From Escherichia coli (lineage in GTDB: Bacteria > Pseudomonadota > Gammaproteobacteria > Enterobacterales > Enterobacteriaceae): 64,000 bases of DNA. A program made the position numbers and the translations under genes. This document shows, one piece after another, positions 46,682 through 57,553 of the stretch. The stretch lies in assembly GCF_003334405.1 (NCBI RefSeq), contig NZ_QOWM01000001.1, one strand, 5' to 3'. The stretch's first letter is position 1. Each line of letters opens with the position of its first letter. The notes beneath the pieces were generated by a model that made no database searches, was not told the DNA's origin, and saw only the letters and a list, made by a program, of their open reading frames with translations.

Positions 46682-48238
46682 TTACCACTGCGGCGTATAC
46701 GGTTTCTTTAGCCAGCGAACAAAATCGTCCAGCGGTAACGGGCGGCTAATCCAGTAGCCTTGCATGAAATTAACGCCGCGTTCGCTTAGCCATCGCGCCT
46801 GTTCCGGCGTTTCGACCCCTTCAGCAACCGTCAGCATATTGAGGCGTTTCGCCAGCGTCAGCACCGCGTCAAGTACGGGGGAAGTGATCGTTTCCGTACC
46901 GATGGCGTTGATAAATCCACGGTCAATTTTCAGATAATCGAGCGTAAAACGCTCAAGATAGATAAGCGCGCTGTGCCCGGTGCCGAAGTCATCAATAGCA
47001 ATTTCTACGCCGACCGAGTGCAGCCAGGCGAAGAGTTGTGTGGCTTCTTGCTCTTTCAACATATCGCGCTCGGTAATTTCCAGCACAATCTGGAAATGGT
47101 GTGCGGGCAGGGAAGTGAGCAGTTTCTGGATATCTGCTTTAAAGCTTTCGCTGTGCAGATGGTCCGGCGCAATGTTAATACCAAATTTGACGCCTACCGG
47201 CAGCACTTTTTCTAATTCTGCGGCATCGCGGGCAATTAACTCAAACAGGTGCTGAGTCAGCGGCACAATCATCTTTTGCGATTCGGCAAAGTTAATGAAG
47301 GCATCCGGGGGAATTTCTCCCGCGACAGGATGCCGCCAGCGTAGCAGTACTTCCAGGCCCGTTACTCGCAAAGCTTGTGTATCCACCACCGGTTGATACG
47401 CCACGTAAAATTGTTCGCGCTTGATGGCGGTCATGATTTCTCTGCCGGGGCGCATACGTACGCTCATCAGGTAATAGCAGAGCAGGCCAACGACAGTTCC
47501 ACTCATGCCGCCCAGTAAAAATGCGTACCACACATCGTTCCATGTCCAGTCATCTGCATAAAGCCGAACGGTCAGAGGAATGCCCGCAATTTTAGTTTCA
47601 CGGACTGGCATGTCGGTTAATTCGTTAACGTTCATCAAACGTGAAGAAAAGGTAGATAGCGCAGTATTGCCAATAATGAGGGCGACGCCATCGTAATCTT
47701 CCTGCCGTGAACTATAAAAGAGTGAAGGCGTCAGGTTGAGATTCAGAGCGGCAAAGACGCCGCTATTTTTCAGCAAAGGGTTGCGATACCAGATGACGAT
47801 TGCGGGTTTGTTCGGCACCATCGGCGTGCCGGGTAAGATCGCCATATCGACGTTTTTATTAATGTCGAGCGCCGGAATCAATTCATTGAGTGGAATGTCC
47901 ATCTCACCGGTCGCAGATGAACAGAATGTTTTTTTATCTTTCACCAGCACAAACGTTCGGACATTCATGCTAAACGCTGCGCGGGCGGTCAGTTCGGGGT
48001 TAGCTTGCTGGCAGGTATCTAAGGTCAGCGGCTGGAGCCGGTCAGTAGTGGATTTCAGGTCGGCAAAATAGGTATCGAGATACTTTTGTACGTCGGTAAT
48101 CAGTGTGTCGTATTTGACTTCGTGCTTATGCCAGGCCACTAAAAACTGAAGGCAACTCACCAGTATCGCAATCATTACGCCTGCAACAATGCAGGTAAGC
48201 AGGAGCTTACGTCCAAAATTGGGAGCGCGTATGAACAT
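46682..48238 (-). CDS. pdeN: c-di-GMP phosphodiesterase PdeN (Rtn), CSS-EAL domain protein
   Basis: ORF 518 aa, N-terminal TM/periplasmic domain, C-terminal EAL domain (EVLLRW..., EITERDML). Confidence 0.93.
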   Translation of the reverse strand: MFIRAPNFGRKLLLTCIVAGVMIAILVSCLQFLVAWHKHEVKYDTLITDVQKYLDTYFADLKSTTDRLQPLTLDTCQQANPELTARAAFSMNVRTFVLVKDKKTFCSSATGEMDIPLNELIPALDINKNVDMAILPGTPMVPNKPAIVIWYRNPLLKNSGVFAALNLNLTPSLFYSSRQEDYDGVALIIGNTALSTFSSRLMNVNELTDMPVRETKIAGIPLTVRLYADDWTWNDVWYAFLLGGMSGTVVGLLCYYLMSVRMRPGREIMTAIKREQFYVAYQPVVDTQALRVTGLEVLLRWRHPVAGEIPPDAFINFAESQKMIVPLTQHLFELIARDAAELEKVLPVGVKFGINIAPDHLHSESFKADIQKLLTSLPAHHFQIVLEITERDMLKEQEATQLFAWLHSVGVEIAIDDFGTGHSALIYLERFTLDYLKIDRGFINAIGTETITSPVLDAVLTLAKRLNMLTVAEGVETPEQARWLSERGVNFMQGYWISRPLPLDDFVRWLKKPYTPQW

Positions 48239-48310
48239 GATTCCGTTAATTTCCTGAAATTACGACAACATTTAAAAGATAACAATGACCGGACTATAGC
48301 CTGGATCAAG

Positions 48311-48345
48311 ACGCGGAAACATCATTTTCTCTGATGAATGAAAAC
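48311..48345 (-). terminator. Intrinsic terminator of mepS
   Basis: On minus strand: AGCACTGC-TTAG-GCAGTGCT followed by TTTTTTGTTTT, about 75 nt after mepS stop. Confidence 0.75.
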
Positions 48346-48418
48346 AAAAAAGCACTGCCTAAGCAGTGCTTTCAGTTAACTCGTCAGGATAGCCAAGGGA
48401 TTGCATCCAAACGGTTTA

Positions 48419-48985
48419 TTAGCTGCGGCTGAGAACCCGGCGTGCTTCGTTGTAACGCTTCTTCCAGTACGGTTCATTCATGCTGGAAATAATAACACCA
48501 CTGCTGGTGGAAGCATGGACAAACTGATTGTTGCCGATATAAATACCGACATGGCGTCCCGTTGAACCGGCACGGAACAGAACTAAATCACCCGTACGCA
48601 AATTACTGCGGGAAACAGATTTACCCATTTCCTGCTGTTCGTAAGTCGAACGCGGAAGTTCTAAGCCAAATTGCTCACGGAATGTACGCTGTACGAAACC
48701 AGAACAATCGATACCTTTTTTAGTGCTGCCGCCCAGACGATAACGTACGCCTTTCCAGTCAGCATACTGATCCATAATTCGCGATTTTACGTCGACATTA
48801 CGAACCAGGTTTTCAAATTCATCCTGAGAAGCTTGCAGTGATGATGTTTCACTACCCACTGCACGTGTCTCAGGATGCATATTCTTTGCGGTGTTATTTG
48901 CACTACATGCAGAAAGCAGAACCGCTACTGCAATCGCGGGAATCCCGCGCAAGATATATCTCAAAATCGGTTGAGATTTGACCAT
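48419..48985 (-). CDS. mepS: Peptidoglycan DD-endopeptidase/LD-carboxypeptidase MepS (Spr), NlpC/P60 lipoprotein
   Basis: ORF 188 aa, lipobox LLSAC, NlpC/P60 catalytic Cys in GIDCSGFV. Confidence 0.95.
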
Positions 48986-49396
48986 GTTGTTTGTTTTCCC
49001 TTGAAGTCCTTAACGACAAATATCGTTATAAAAAAATGCCAAGCGACACGAGACTAATTACCTGGGCATGTTGAAACAATTCCTTAAGGCCAAATCTGTG
49101 GACTAACGCACAAAATTATATGCTGTGAGGATAATCTACCGCCGAGGCAAAACGAGTTCGAGATTACCCGATTGGTGCGGTCTTGGCGAGCGGTTTTACA
49201 TGATTTTTTATAAGAAAAAGTGATACAGAAAGTTAATAAGCGGGGTTGGTCAATTAAAGTACAATTGAGTGAAACGCATGCAATCCATTCATTTACTTAG
49301 AGAATGATTTTTGCGTTCGATAGATGAAAGCACGGTGCGCATCATCAGGATTATCCTCACTATAAAAATAACCCTGATGATGTTAATTACTGTGAG

Positions 49397-50110
49397 TTAT
49401 TTGTTTTGGAAATGTTTGTTTTTTCCTGGTAGTGATTTGTCAAAAAAGGTGATTAATCGATCACTTAATGGCGTCAGCAACACCCAGGGCAAACCGATCA
49501 ATATCACGGTCATCGAACCGACAATGATGTCAGTAAACCAGTGTGCGCCAATCATTACTCTGGGAAATGCAAAAACCACAAAAATAATAAGGGCGATAAG
49601 GCCTGCAACTTTGCCGAAATAACGCCACATGAATGCCGAAAAAATAAGCAGCATCATGCCGTGATCGCCGGGAAAGCTATCTCGTGAGGCATCTTTCGTG
49701 GGAACAGAGAGCAGTTCGCTGACGCGGTTAATATCGGTAAAAGTCAATGTTGGGCTGGCCCGTTTTACAGGAATTAATGCCTGACCCAGCTGGTTTAATA
49801 CCACTGCAGTTAATAGCATGACCAGACCAATAATCACGATACGTCGTCTGCCAGGGGCGTTTTCTTTCAGCCAGAAACTCAGCATCAACATACCCATCGC
49901 CAGCAGTGAACAACCGTCGAAGGCGCGATTGTTGGTCAATGCAACCAGCCACAAAAAGGCCTTACTTTCGACCAGTTTCTGATTAAAGAAATAAAAAATA
50001 TCCGCATCAATCGGCAACCAGAATCCATGATTAACGGGGATATACCAGGAAAGAAACAGCGCGAGGCCGACAATATTCAACAACACTATTTGCGGCAAAT
50101 TTTTAATCAT
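49397..50110 (-). CDS. lpxT: Lipid A 1-diphosphate synthase LpxT (YeiU), PAP2 family
   Basis: ORF track 49397..50146 trimmed to MIKNLPQIVLLNIVGLALFLSWY... (237 aa). Confidence 0.92.
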   Translation of the reverse strand: MIKNLPQIVLLNIVGLALFLSWYIPVNHGFWLPIDADIFYFFNQKLVESKAFLWLVALTNNRAFDGCSLLAMGMLMLSFWLKENAPGRRRIVIIGLVMLLTAVVLNQLGQALIPVKRASPTLTFTDINRVSELLSVPTKDASRDSFPGDHGMMLLIFSAFMWRYFGKVAGLIALIIFVVFAFPRVMIGAHWFTDIIVGSMTVILIGLPWVLLTPLSDRLITFFDKSLPGKNKHFQNK

Positions 50111-50148
50111 ATTTTCTCTAATTATCTTACTGAAAAACGCAGGCAACC

Positions 50149-51135
50149 TTACGCGGTAGTCGCTAAACGAAGCTTCAACAGCGCGCTCTGCAAGGCATTC
50201 CAGTCAGCTTCGCTGCTGGAAATCAGCTCAATACGGCTGTCCGGTGGCGCAACGTTTTGCGTTTCAATGTGCAGGTCATCGCCCTGACGGTTGATTCGCA
50301 CCAGCCCTTCGGGAATACGCAGCACGCCTTTGACGCGTTCCACCGGTGCAAGTCGCGCCCATTCCAGAATGCCAATGGTGTCGAATACCGTATCAGCGTC
50401 GAATATCCAGCCGCAGGCCTGATATCCTTGCCCGCTGTTCAGACTGCGACGCCAGCGTTGATGCTCTGGCAGGCTTAACGCTGCTAACCCTTTTTTCACG
50501 ACATGCTGATGAGAATGCGCGGCGCTGGCGGGCAACTCGGCTAAATTGCGACGCGGCAAATCCAGAAGATGACCGTCAACTTTCCCATGCTCACTGTGAA
50601 TTAATTGTCGATCGCCACCATTTTGCTGCCACCAACGCTGTAGCGCTTGCTCACTTTCGGGCGTCGTACGGTCGGATTTATTGGCGACAATGATGTCTGC
50701 GGCAGCCAGCTGGTCACGGAAGTTTTCATTGCTGGCGCTTTTTTCGTCCAGCAGCAAGCGCGGATCGAGAATGCACAAGGTGGCGCGCAGATCTATCCAC
50801 GGTTCATAGACTGGTGCGGTTAACAGATCGAGGATCTGTTTCGGATGGCCCAGCCCGGTCGGCTCTATCAACAAGCGGTCTGGTTTTCCCTGACGCAGTA
50901 AGGTATTCAACCCTACCTGCATGGGTAAACCATTAACGCAGCACATGCAGCCGCCGGGGATCTCTTTCAGCAATGCGCCGCTATCGGCGAGCAAAGCACC
51001 ATCAATTCCGACTTCCCCAAATTCATTAACCAGTACCGCCCATTTTTCGTTGGGATCTTTATGGGCTAACAGATGAAGAATCGACGTGGTTTTCCCGCTG
51101 CCGAGAAAACCGGTGATGAGGTTGGTCCTGGTCAC
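50149..51135 (-). CDS. yeiR: COG0523-family Zn-binding GTPase YeiR
   Basis: ORF 328 aa, GTG start, Walker A GFLGSGKTT and CxCC motif (GGCMCCV). Confidence 0.92.
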   Translation of the reverse strand: MTRTNLITGFLGSGKTTSILHLLAHKDPNEKWAVLVNEFGEVGIDGALLADSGALLKEIPGGCMCCVNGLPMQVGLNTLLRQGKPDRLLIEPTGLGHPKQILDLLTAPVYEPWIDLRATLCILDPRLLLDEKSASNENFRDQLAAADIIVANKSDRTTPESEQALQRWWQQNGGDRQLIHSEHGKVDGHLLDLPRRNLAELPASAAHSHQHVVKKGLAALSLPEHQRWRRSLNSGQGYQACGWIFDADTVFDTIGILEWARLAPVERVKGVLRIPEGLVRINRQGDDLHIETQNVAPPDSRIELISSSEADWNALQSALLKLRLATTA

Positions 51136-51252
51136 AACGGCTCCGCAATACTCTGGTAAGTTAACTGAGCGTTAATCCTGGCTAAAAAAGGCAGAAAAGA
51201 GAAGGGGAGAGCGGACGAAGGTGAGCTTCATCCGCTTTAACCGCAGAAATCG

Positions 51253-52719
51253 TTAAATTTTGAGGGTGTTTAATAGCGCCTGATGTGCGCCGAATTGTAC
51301 GATTTGTTGCCAGGCTTGTTCGATGGCCTGCACAAAATGCGGGTTATCTGGCAGATCATCACCGAAAACTTCACGCAGGGAAAGCAGGGCGGTTACGCGT
51401 TGTTCACTGCTGCTGCCCGCAACAAGTTCGCGAATTTTATCGCTAAGCGGATCGCGAACATCAATGGCATTTCCGGCATCATCAACGCCGCTGACGTAAC
51501 GCATCCAGCCTGCAACGCCTAATGCCAGCAACGACCAGTCCGTTTCGCGCCCCTGATGTATGCGAATACCTGCCAGCATGCGTTGCGGTAATTTCTGGCT
51601 GCCATCCATCGCGATTTGCCAGGTCTTATGTTTCAGCGCCGGATTAGCAAAACGTGCAATTAACTTATCCGCATATTGTGTTAAATCGACATCTTTAATT
51701 TGCAGTGTCGGCGCTTGCTCATCCAGCATTAATGTTCTGGCGGCATGGCGAAATGCGCGATCCTGCATGCAATCACTGATATGGGCGAATCCTGAGAGGT
51801 AACCCAGATAAGCGAGAAAAGAGTGGCTGCCATTAAGCATCCGCAGTTTCATCTCTTCCCATGGCAGGACATCATTCACCATTTGTACACCTGCGACTTC
51901 CCAGGCAGGACGCCCAGCGACGAAGTTATCTTCCACCACCCACTGGATAAACGGTTCGCAGCTAATCGCGCAGGGATCATTCACCCCCAGATGCTGGCTG
52001 ATTTCCACCAGTGATTCGTCGGTTGCAGCCGGAACAATGCGGTCGACCATGGTTCCCGGAAAACTGACGTGCTCTTTTATCCACCCGGCGAGTTCTGGCG
52101 AACGTTTTTCTGCCATTCCCAGCACCGCGTTTTTCACCACATGACCATTGTCGGGAATATTGTCGCAGGAGAGCACGGTAAACGGTGTAAGGCCGCGCTC
52201 ACGGCGGCGTTTCAGTGCTTCGACGAGAATACCCGGTGCGGAGTGAGGTTCTTCAGGGGTTTGTAGATCGTGAATAATCCGCGGATTACTGGTGTCGAGT
52301 GCACCGGTGGCCGGGTCAATACAATAGCCTTTTTCGGTAATCGTCAGGGAAACAATTGCCACCTGTGGCTCGCAAAATTTCTCAATAATTGCCGCTAAGG
52401 AATCCAGTTTTGCATTAAGGCATTCGTGAACGGCACCGACAATTATCACCTGATTGCCGTCCGCACCTTTCTCCAGCACGGTATATAAATGGTTCTGTGC
52501 GCGGAGCTGGCTCATCAGTTGATCACCGCTGAACAAGCTGATTTCACAGATCCCCCAGTCGCCGCCCTGGGCATTCAGCACACGATCGGTCAGTAACGCC
52601 TGATGAGCGCGGTGAAAGGCTCCAAAGCCAAAATGAACGATACGTGATTGCAACTGCTGGCGATCATAGCGTGGAGCGTGTACATGATGCGGGAGCGTAA
52701 CGGAGGCGATTGTATTCAT
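51253..52719 (-). CDS. yeiQ: Mannitol/mannonate-dehydrogenase-family oxidoreductase YeiQ
   Basis: ORF track 51253..52728 (491 aa, GTG start); I recall the annotated protein as 488 aa starting at the ATG (52717-52719, MNTIASVTLPHH...). Start ambiguous by 3 codons. Confidence 0.9.
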   Translation of the reverse strand: MNTIASVTLPHHVHAPRYDRQQLQSRIVHFGFGAFHRAHQALLTDRVLNAQGGDWGICEISLFSGDQLMSQLRAQNHLYTVLEKGADGNQVIIVGAVHECLNAKLDSLAAIIEKFCEPQVAIVSLTITEKGYCIDPATGALDTSNPRIIHDLQTPEEPHSAPGILVEALKRRRERGLTPFTVLSCDNIPDNGHVVKNAVLGMAEKRSPELAGWIKEHVSFPGTMVDRIVPAATDESLVEISQHLGVNDPCAISCEPFIQWVVEDNFVAGRPAWEVAGVQMVNDVLPWEEMKLRMLNGSHSFLAYLGYLSGFAHISDCMQDRAFRHAARTLMLDEQAPTLQIKDVDLTQYADKLIARFANPALKHKTWQIAMDGSQKLPQRMLAGIRIHQGRETDWSLLALGVAGWMRYVSGVDDAGNAIDVRDPLSDKIRELVAGSSSEQRVTALLSLREVFGDDLPDNPHFVQAIEQAWQQIVQFGAHQALLNTLKI

Positions 52720-52941
52720 AGGAGTCACGTCTTAGTAACGATTAATTAACAACGACAGTGTAAAGTTATATGACAGCAATTGAAATTGGTCTGGATTGTT
52801 AATGCGATGAAGTGTGAGGGCGATCAATCAACGAGTGAAAATTGAGGGCGTAAGGTGTTCAGGAAGCGCAAAATAGAAGATTGGTATAATAAATTAAAAA
52901 AGGGACAGCCTGAGCTATCCCTTTTCTGCATGCGGCTGAAG

Positions 52942-53514
52942 TTAGTCAGCACGCCCCATATAACGGCGTTCTTCGATATGGATACGAATTTTTTCGCCCG
53001 GGCTTAAGTATTCTGGTACCTGAATCACCAGACCAGTGCTCAATGTCGCCGGTTTGTTACGGGCGCTGGCAGATGCCCCTTTGATGCCTGGTGCGGTTTC
53101 AACGATTTCCAGATCAACGGTCTGCGGCAGCTCAAGCGCCAGCAGTTGACCGTCCCAGGTCAGCACCTGCATGTCCGGCATGCCGCCCTCTGGCATAAAC
53201 AGCAACTCTTCTTCAATCTGATCTTTGGTGAAGGTATACGGGGTATAGTCTTCTTTATCCATAAAGACATATTCGTTGCCATCGACATAGGAGAAGTCAA
53301 CGTAACGGCGGGTCAGCGTCACGGTGTCAACGATATCATCACCTTTGAAACGCTCTTCTACTTTCAGCCCGGTACGGACATCAGAAAAACGCATTTTGTA
53401 CAGCGTAGCGGCACCGCGGGCAGTGGGCGACTGAATATCAATATCCTTAACCAGCAGCAGTTTGCCGTTGTAATTCAGTACCATACCTTTTTTAATTTCG
53501 TTCGCTCTTGGCAT
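52942..53514 (-). CDS. efpL: Elongation factor P-like protein EfpL (YeiP)
   Basis: ORF track gives a 275-aa extended ORF; trimmed to ATG 53512-53514 giving [30 protein letters not shown]... (190 aa), EF-P-like. Confidence 0.93.
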
Positions 53515-53668
53515 CGAAAAATTCCTGTAGTCGAAAATGTCAAAAATATCGCGACAAAGTACTCGCGACGGGCCTTTCGGGCAAGTGGTATTCGCACTTT
53601 TGCTGGTGCAAAAAAGGTGGTACTGTGCGCGCTCATCAATCCGGTGGTTAACCTTAAGAGAACAACGT

Positions 53669-53923
53669 ATGGAATGCCGTCCGGGTTGCGGGGCGTGTTG
53701 CACTGCCCCTTCAATTTCCAGCCCTATTCCCGGTATGCCAGATGGCAAGCCCGCCAATACGCCCTGCATTCAGCTTGATGAACAGCAACGCTGTAAAATT
53801 TTCACCTCGCCACTGCGACCGAAAGTCTGTGCAGGCTTACAAGCCAGCGCTGAAATGTGCGGTAACTCGCGTCAGCAGGCCATGACCTGGCTTATCGATC
53901 TGGAAATGCTGACCGCGCCTTAA
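53669..53923 (+). CDS. yeiW: Small cysteine-cluster protein YeiW (UPF0153/YkgJ-like; function unknown)
   Basis: [22 protein letters not shown]... 84 aa, motif C-x3-C-x2-CC plus four further Cys; lies within longer ORF 53537..53923, so the true start is uncertain. 3' end overlaps the setB 3' end by 4 nt (convergent). Confidence 0.8.
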
Positions 53924-55101
53924 ACATCTTTAATCCGCAGTAAGCAAAACAGAGTGGCGATAATCATCACCATCGCAAACCAGAACACAGCGTGATAATT
54001 CCAGATCTCGGCGACGATGCCCGCCACTGATCCTGCGATGATCCAGCCCACGCGCGAAGTGTTGGTATAGAGCGTGGTGGCTGAACCCGCCTGACCGGGC
54101 ATCAGATCCTGAAAATAGAGCATCCCGATGCCGCCCAGAATGCCAATAAAAATAGCATTTAGCAGCTGCAAGCCCAACAGAATGACAGGTGAATGCGCCA
54201 TCAGCATTCCTGCGTAAAAACAGACGCCACCCACGGCAGCAACGCGCATTAAGAAACGCTTACCCAGACGTTTGGCGAAATATCCGGCAATCAACATCGT
54301 CGGGATTTCCAGCCCGGCGGCGGTCCCCATCATCACACCGGCCAGTTTCTCGGGAAGATGCAGTTCGTTGATAATAAATAGCGGCATGTTGATGATGTAC
54401 AGGCTGTTCGAGCCCCACATCAATGTACAAATGACAAACAGCAGCAGCGTATCGCGACGGTTACGGCGCGGCGCTTCGATCGTGCCGGTCGCCAGCGGAA
54501 GCTCTTTTTGCATCGACGGTAAAAACAGCCACACCATCACACCGCAAACAATAAACGCTACCGCTGCGCTCAGATACATTACCGTAAAGCTGAAACCCAT
54601 CGCTAAGGCATAAGCCAGCGGTGGGCCAATGACCCATGCCAGTGAAACCTGAGCGCGTAAAAAAGAGCTGAACATCACCGCCTCACGTCCGGTTTTGTCG
54701 GCATGTTCACGGGCAAGGGCAAACATTTGCGGGTTAGCGGTCGAGCCAAAGCTGCTAAGAAAGACGCCAACGAATAGCAAAACAAAGTAGTTGCGATTCC
54801 AGGCAAAAAGGGTGCAGGCCAGCACGCCTAACAGGCAGCAAAAGACAATCAGCGATTTGCGATCGCCGCGCTTATCAGAGCGCCCGGCGAGAAACTGACT
54901 TACCAGAATCCCAATGACAGCGCTGCCGGTAAAGAAGAATCCCACCATCGCCGGACGGGCATGTACTTCATCGGTAAGAAAAATACTGAGTGTCGGGGTT
55001 TGCAGAGCGCCCGCAATACCGGTGAGAAAGGCAACGATTAAAAACGCCGTCGAGGTCAGGTCAAACGATTTCGCGCTGGAGACTGCGGGGGAGTTATGCA
55101 T
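53920..55101 (-). CDS. setB: MFS sugar efflux transporter SetB
   Basis: ORF 393 aa, 12-TM MFS; matches SetB. Confidence 0.93.
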
Positions 55102-55342
55102 GCTGGTCGATCACTGGAAGAGGAAGACGCGGAGTTTACGCTGCTTGTCAGAAAATAAACAGACAGCGAAATCAAAAGCGCCACGAATAGTCAAAATGCC
55201 ATTTCACTGTTGCTGATTGGCTGCTGACGCTGCTGAAATGAAATTGCTGATAACGGATTTTCCCATCAGCAATTAGGAAAAATGGCAAAAAATTGTGCAG
55301 CACATCAAACTTTTGCTCATAACTTTACGGCTTTCCTTGCGT

Positions 55343-55384
55343 GCTGAAACAGAAGTATTATGCTTTCTTGAAACGTTTCAGCGC
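55343..55384 (+). promoter_or_regulatory. Cra (FruR) operator sites of the fruBKA promoter
   Basis: GCTGAAACAGAAG (55343-55355) and palindromic TGAAACGTTTCA (55369-55380), 85-125 bp upstream of fruB; fits the Cra half site TGAAAC. Confidence 0.6.
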
Positions 55385-55468
55385 GATCTTGTCTTTAACC
55401 CTAAGCCAGGTTGGCGCTTTTTTTCTCATAGAGGCTGAATCGTTTCAATTCAGCAAGAGAGGAGAACT

Positions 55469-56599
55469 ATGTTCCAGTTATCCGTACAGGACATCCATCC
55501 GGGCGAAAAGGCCGGAGACAAAGAAGAGGCGATTCGCCAGGTCGCTGCGGCGCTGGTGCAGGCCGGTAATGTAGCAGAAGGCTACGTCAATGGCATGCTG
55601 GCGCGCGAACAGCAAACCTCAACGTTCCTCGGCAATGGTATTGCTATTCCACACGGCACTACCGACACCCGCGATCAGGTGCTGAAAACCGGCGTTCAGG
55701 TATTTCAGTTCCCGGAAGGCGTCACCTGGGGTGACGGTCAGGTAGCGTACGTGGCAATCGGTATTGCTGCCAGCTCGGATGAACATCTGGGCCTGCTACG
55801 CCAGCTGACCCACGTACTGAGCGATGATTCCGTTGCTGAACAACTGAAGTCAGCAACAACAGCAGAAGAACTTCGCGCATTACTGATGGGCGAAAAGCAG
55901 AGTGAGCAGCTGAAGCTCGACAACGAAATGCTGACACTGGATATCGTCGCCAGCGATCTGCTGACTCTTCAGGCGCTGAACGCTGCGCGTCTGAAAGAGG
56001 CGGGGGCAGTTGACGCCACTTTCGTCACCAAAGCCATCAATGAACAACCGCTGAATCTCGGACAGGGTATCTGGCTGAGCGATAGCGCCGAAGGCAATCT
56101 GCGTAGCGCGATTGCGGTAAGCCGTGCGGCAAATGCTTTTGATGTGGACGGCGAAACGGCAGCCATGCTGGTGAGTGTGGCGATGAATGACGATCAGCCC
56201 ATCGCGGTTCTTAAGCGTCTCGCTGATTTATTGCTCGACAATAAAGCTGACCGCTTGCTGAAAGCGGATGCGGCAACGTTGCTGGCGCTGCTGACCAGCG
56301 ATGATGCGCCGACCGACGACGTGTTAAGCGCGGAGTTTGTGGTGCGCAATGAACACGGCCTGCATGCTCGTCCAGGTACCATGCTGGTCAATACCATTAA
56401 ACAATTTAACAGTGATATTACCGTGACAAACCTTGATGGTACCGGCAAACCGGCAAACGGACGTAGTCTGATGAAAGTTGTGGCACTTGGCGTTAAGAAA
56501 GGTCATCGCCTACGCTTTACCGCCCAGGGTGCAGATGCTGAACAGGCGCTGAAAGCAATCGGCGACGCTATCGCTGCTGGTCTTGGGGAGGGCGCATAA
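55469..56599 (+). CDS. fruB: Fructose PTS fused IIA/FPr (HPr-like) protein FruB
   Basis: ORF 376 aa; N-terminal IIA-Fru domain, C-terminal HPr-like domain (…HGLHARPG…). Confidence 0.95.
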
Positions 56600-57537
56600 T
56601 GAGCAGACGTGTTGCTACTATCACCCTTAATCCGGCTTATGACCTTGTTGGTTTCTGCCCGGAAATTGAACGCGGCGAAGTGAACCTGGTGAAAACCACC
56701 GGTCTGCATGCGGCGGGTAAAGGCATCAACGTGGCCAAAGTATTAAAAGACCTGGGAATTGATGTCACCGTTGGCGGCTTCCTGGGTAAAGACAATCAGG
56801 ATGGTTTTCAGCAACTGTTCAGCGAGCTGGGCATTGCCAACCGTTTCCAGGTTGTACAGGGGCGCACCCGAATTAACGTTAAGCTGACGGAAAAAGACGG
56901 CGAAGTGACCGACTTCAACTTCTCGGGTTTTGAAGTCACCCCCGCCGACTGGGAACGCTTTGTGACTGATTCTCTGAGCTGGCTCGGTCAGTTCGATATG
57001 GTCTGTGTCAGCGGAAGCTTACCGTCAGGCGTCAGCCCGGAAGCGTTCACCGACTGGATGACTCGCCTGCGTAGTCAGTGTCCTTGCATTATCTTTGATA
57101 GTAGCCGTGAAGCGTTAGTAGCAGGTTTGAAAGCGGCACCGTGGCTGGTGAAACCTAACCGCCGCGAGCTGGAAATCTGGGCAGGCCGTAAACTGCCTGA
57201 AATGAAAGATGTGATTGAAGCTGCACATGCGCTACGTGAACAAGGCATCGCGCATGTTGTTATTTCACTGGGTGCCGAAGGCGCGCTTTGGGTTAATGCC
57301 TCCGGCGAATGGATCGCCAAACCACCGTCAGTCGATGTCGTAAGCACCGTTGGCGCAGGGGATTCTATGGTTGGTGGCCTGATTTATGGCTTGCTGATGC
57401 GTGAATCCAGTGAACACACACTGCGTCTGGCGACAGCTGTTGCAGCCCTGGCGGTAAGTCAAAGCAATGTGGGTATTACCGATCGTCCGCAGTTGGCCGC
57501 AATGATGGCGCGCGTCGACTTACAACCTTTTAACTGA
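56599..57537 (+). CDS. fruK: 1-phosphofructokinase FruK
   Basis: ORF 312 aa, PfkB ribokinase family (…VGAGDSMVGG…); start overlaps fruB stop (TAATG). Confidence 0.95.
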   Translation: MSRRVATITLNPAYDLVGFCPEIERGEVNLVKTTGLHAAGKGINVAKVLKDLGIDVTVGGFLGKDNQDGFQQLFSELGIANRFQVVQGRTRINVKLTEKDGEVTDFNFSGFEVTPADWERFVTDSLSWLGQFDMVCVSGSLPSGVSPEAFTDWMTRLRSQCPCIIFDSSREALVAGLKAAPWLVKPNRRELEIWAGRKLPEMKDVIEAAHALREQGIAHVVISLGAEGALWVNASGEWIAKPPSVDVVSTVGAGDSMVGGLIYGLLMRESSEHTLRLATAVAALAVSQSNVGITDRPQLAAMMARVDLQPFN

Positions 57538-57553
57538 CAGCAGGAGAGGCATA

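Noticed and set aside
49311-49622. 103-aa ORF in the mepS–lpxT intergenic region, overlapping the lpxT 3' end
   Set aside because: Overlaps lpxT coding sequence on the opposite strand and an inverted repeat (CATCATCAGGATTAT…ATAACCCTGATGATG, 49340-49383) that is more simply explained as the lpxT terminator or mepS 5' leader structure.
52942-53769. 275-aa extended ORF for yeiP/efpL and 210-aa antisense ORF 53146-53778
   Set aside because: The recognised EF-P-like protein starts at the internal ATG (53512-53514); the upstream extension and the antisense frame have no support and overlap the yeiW region.
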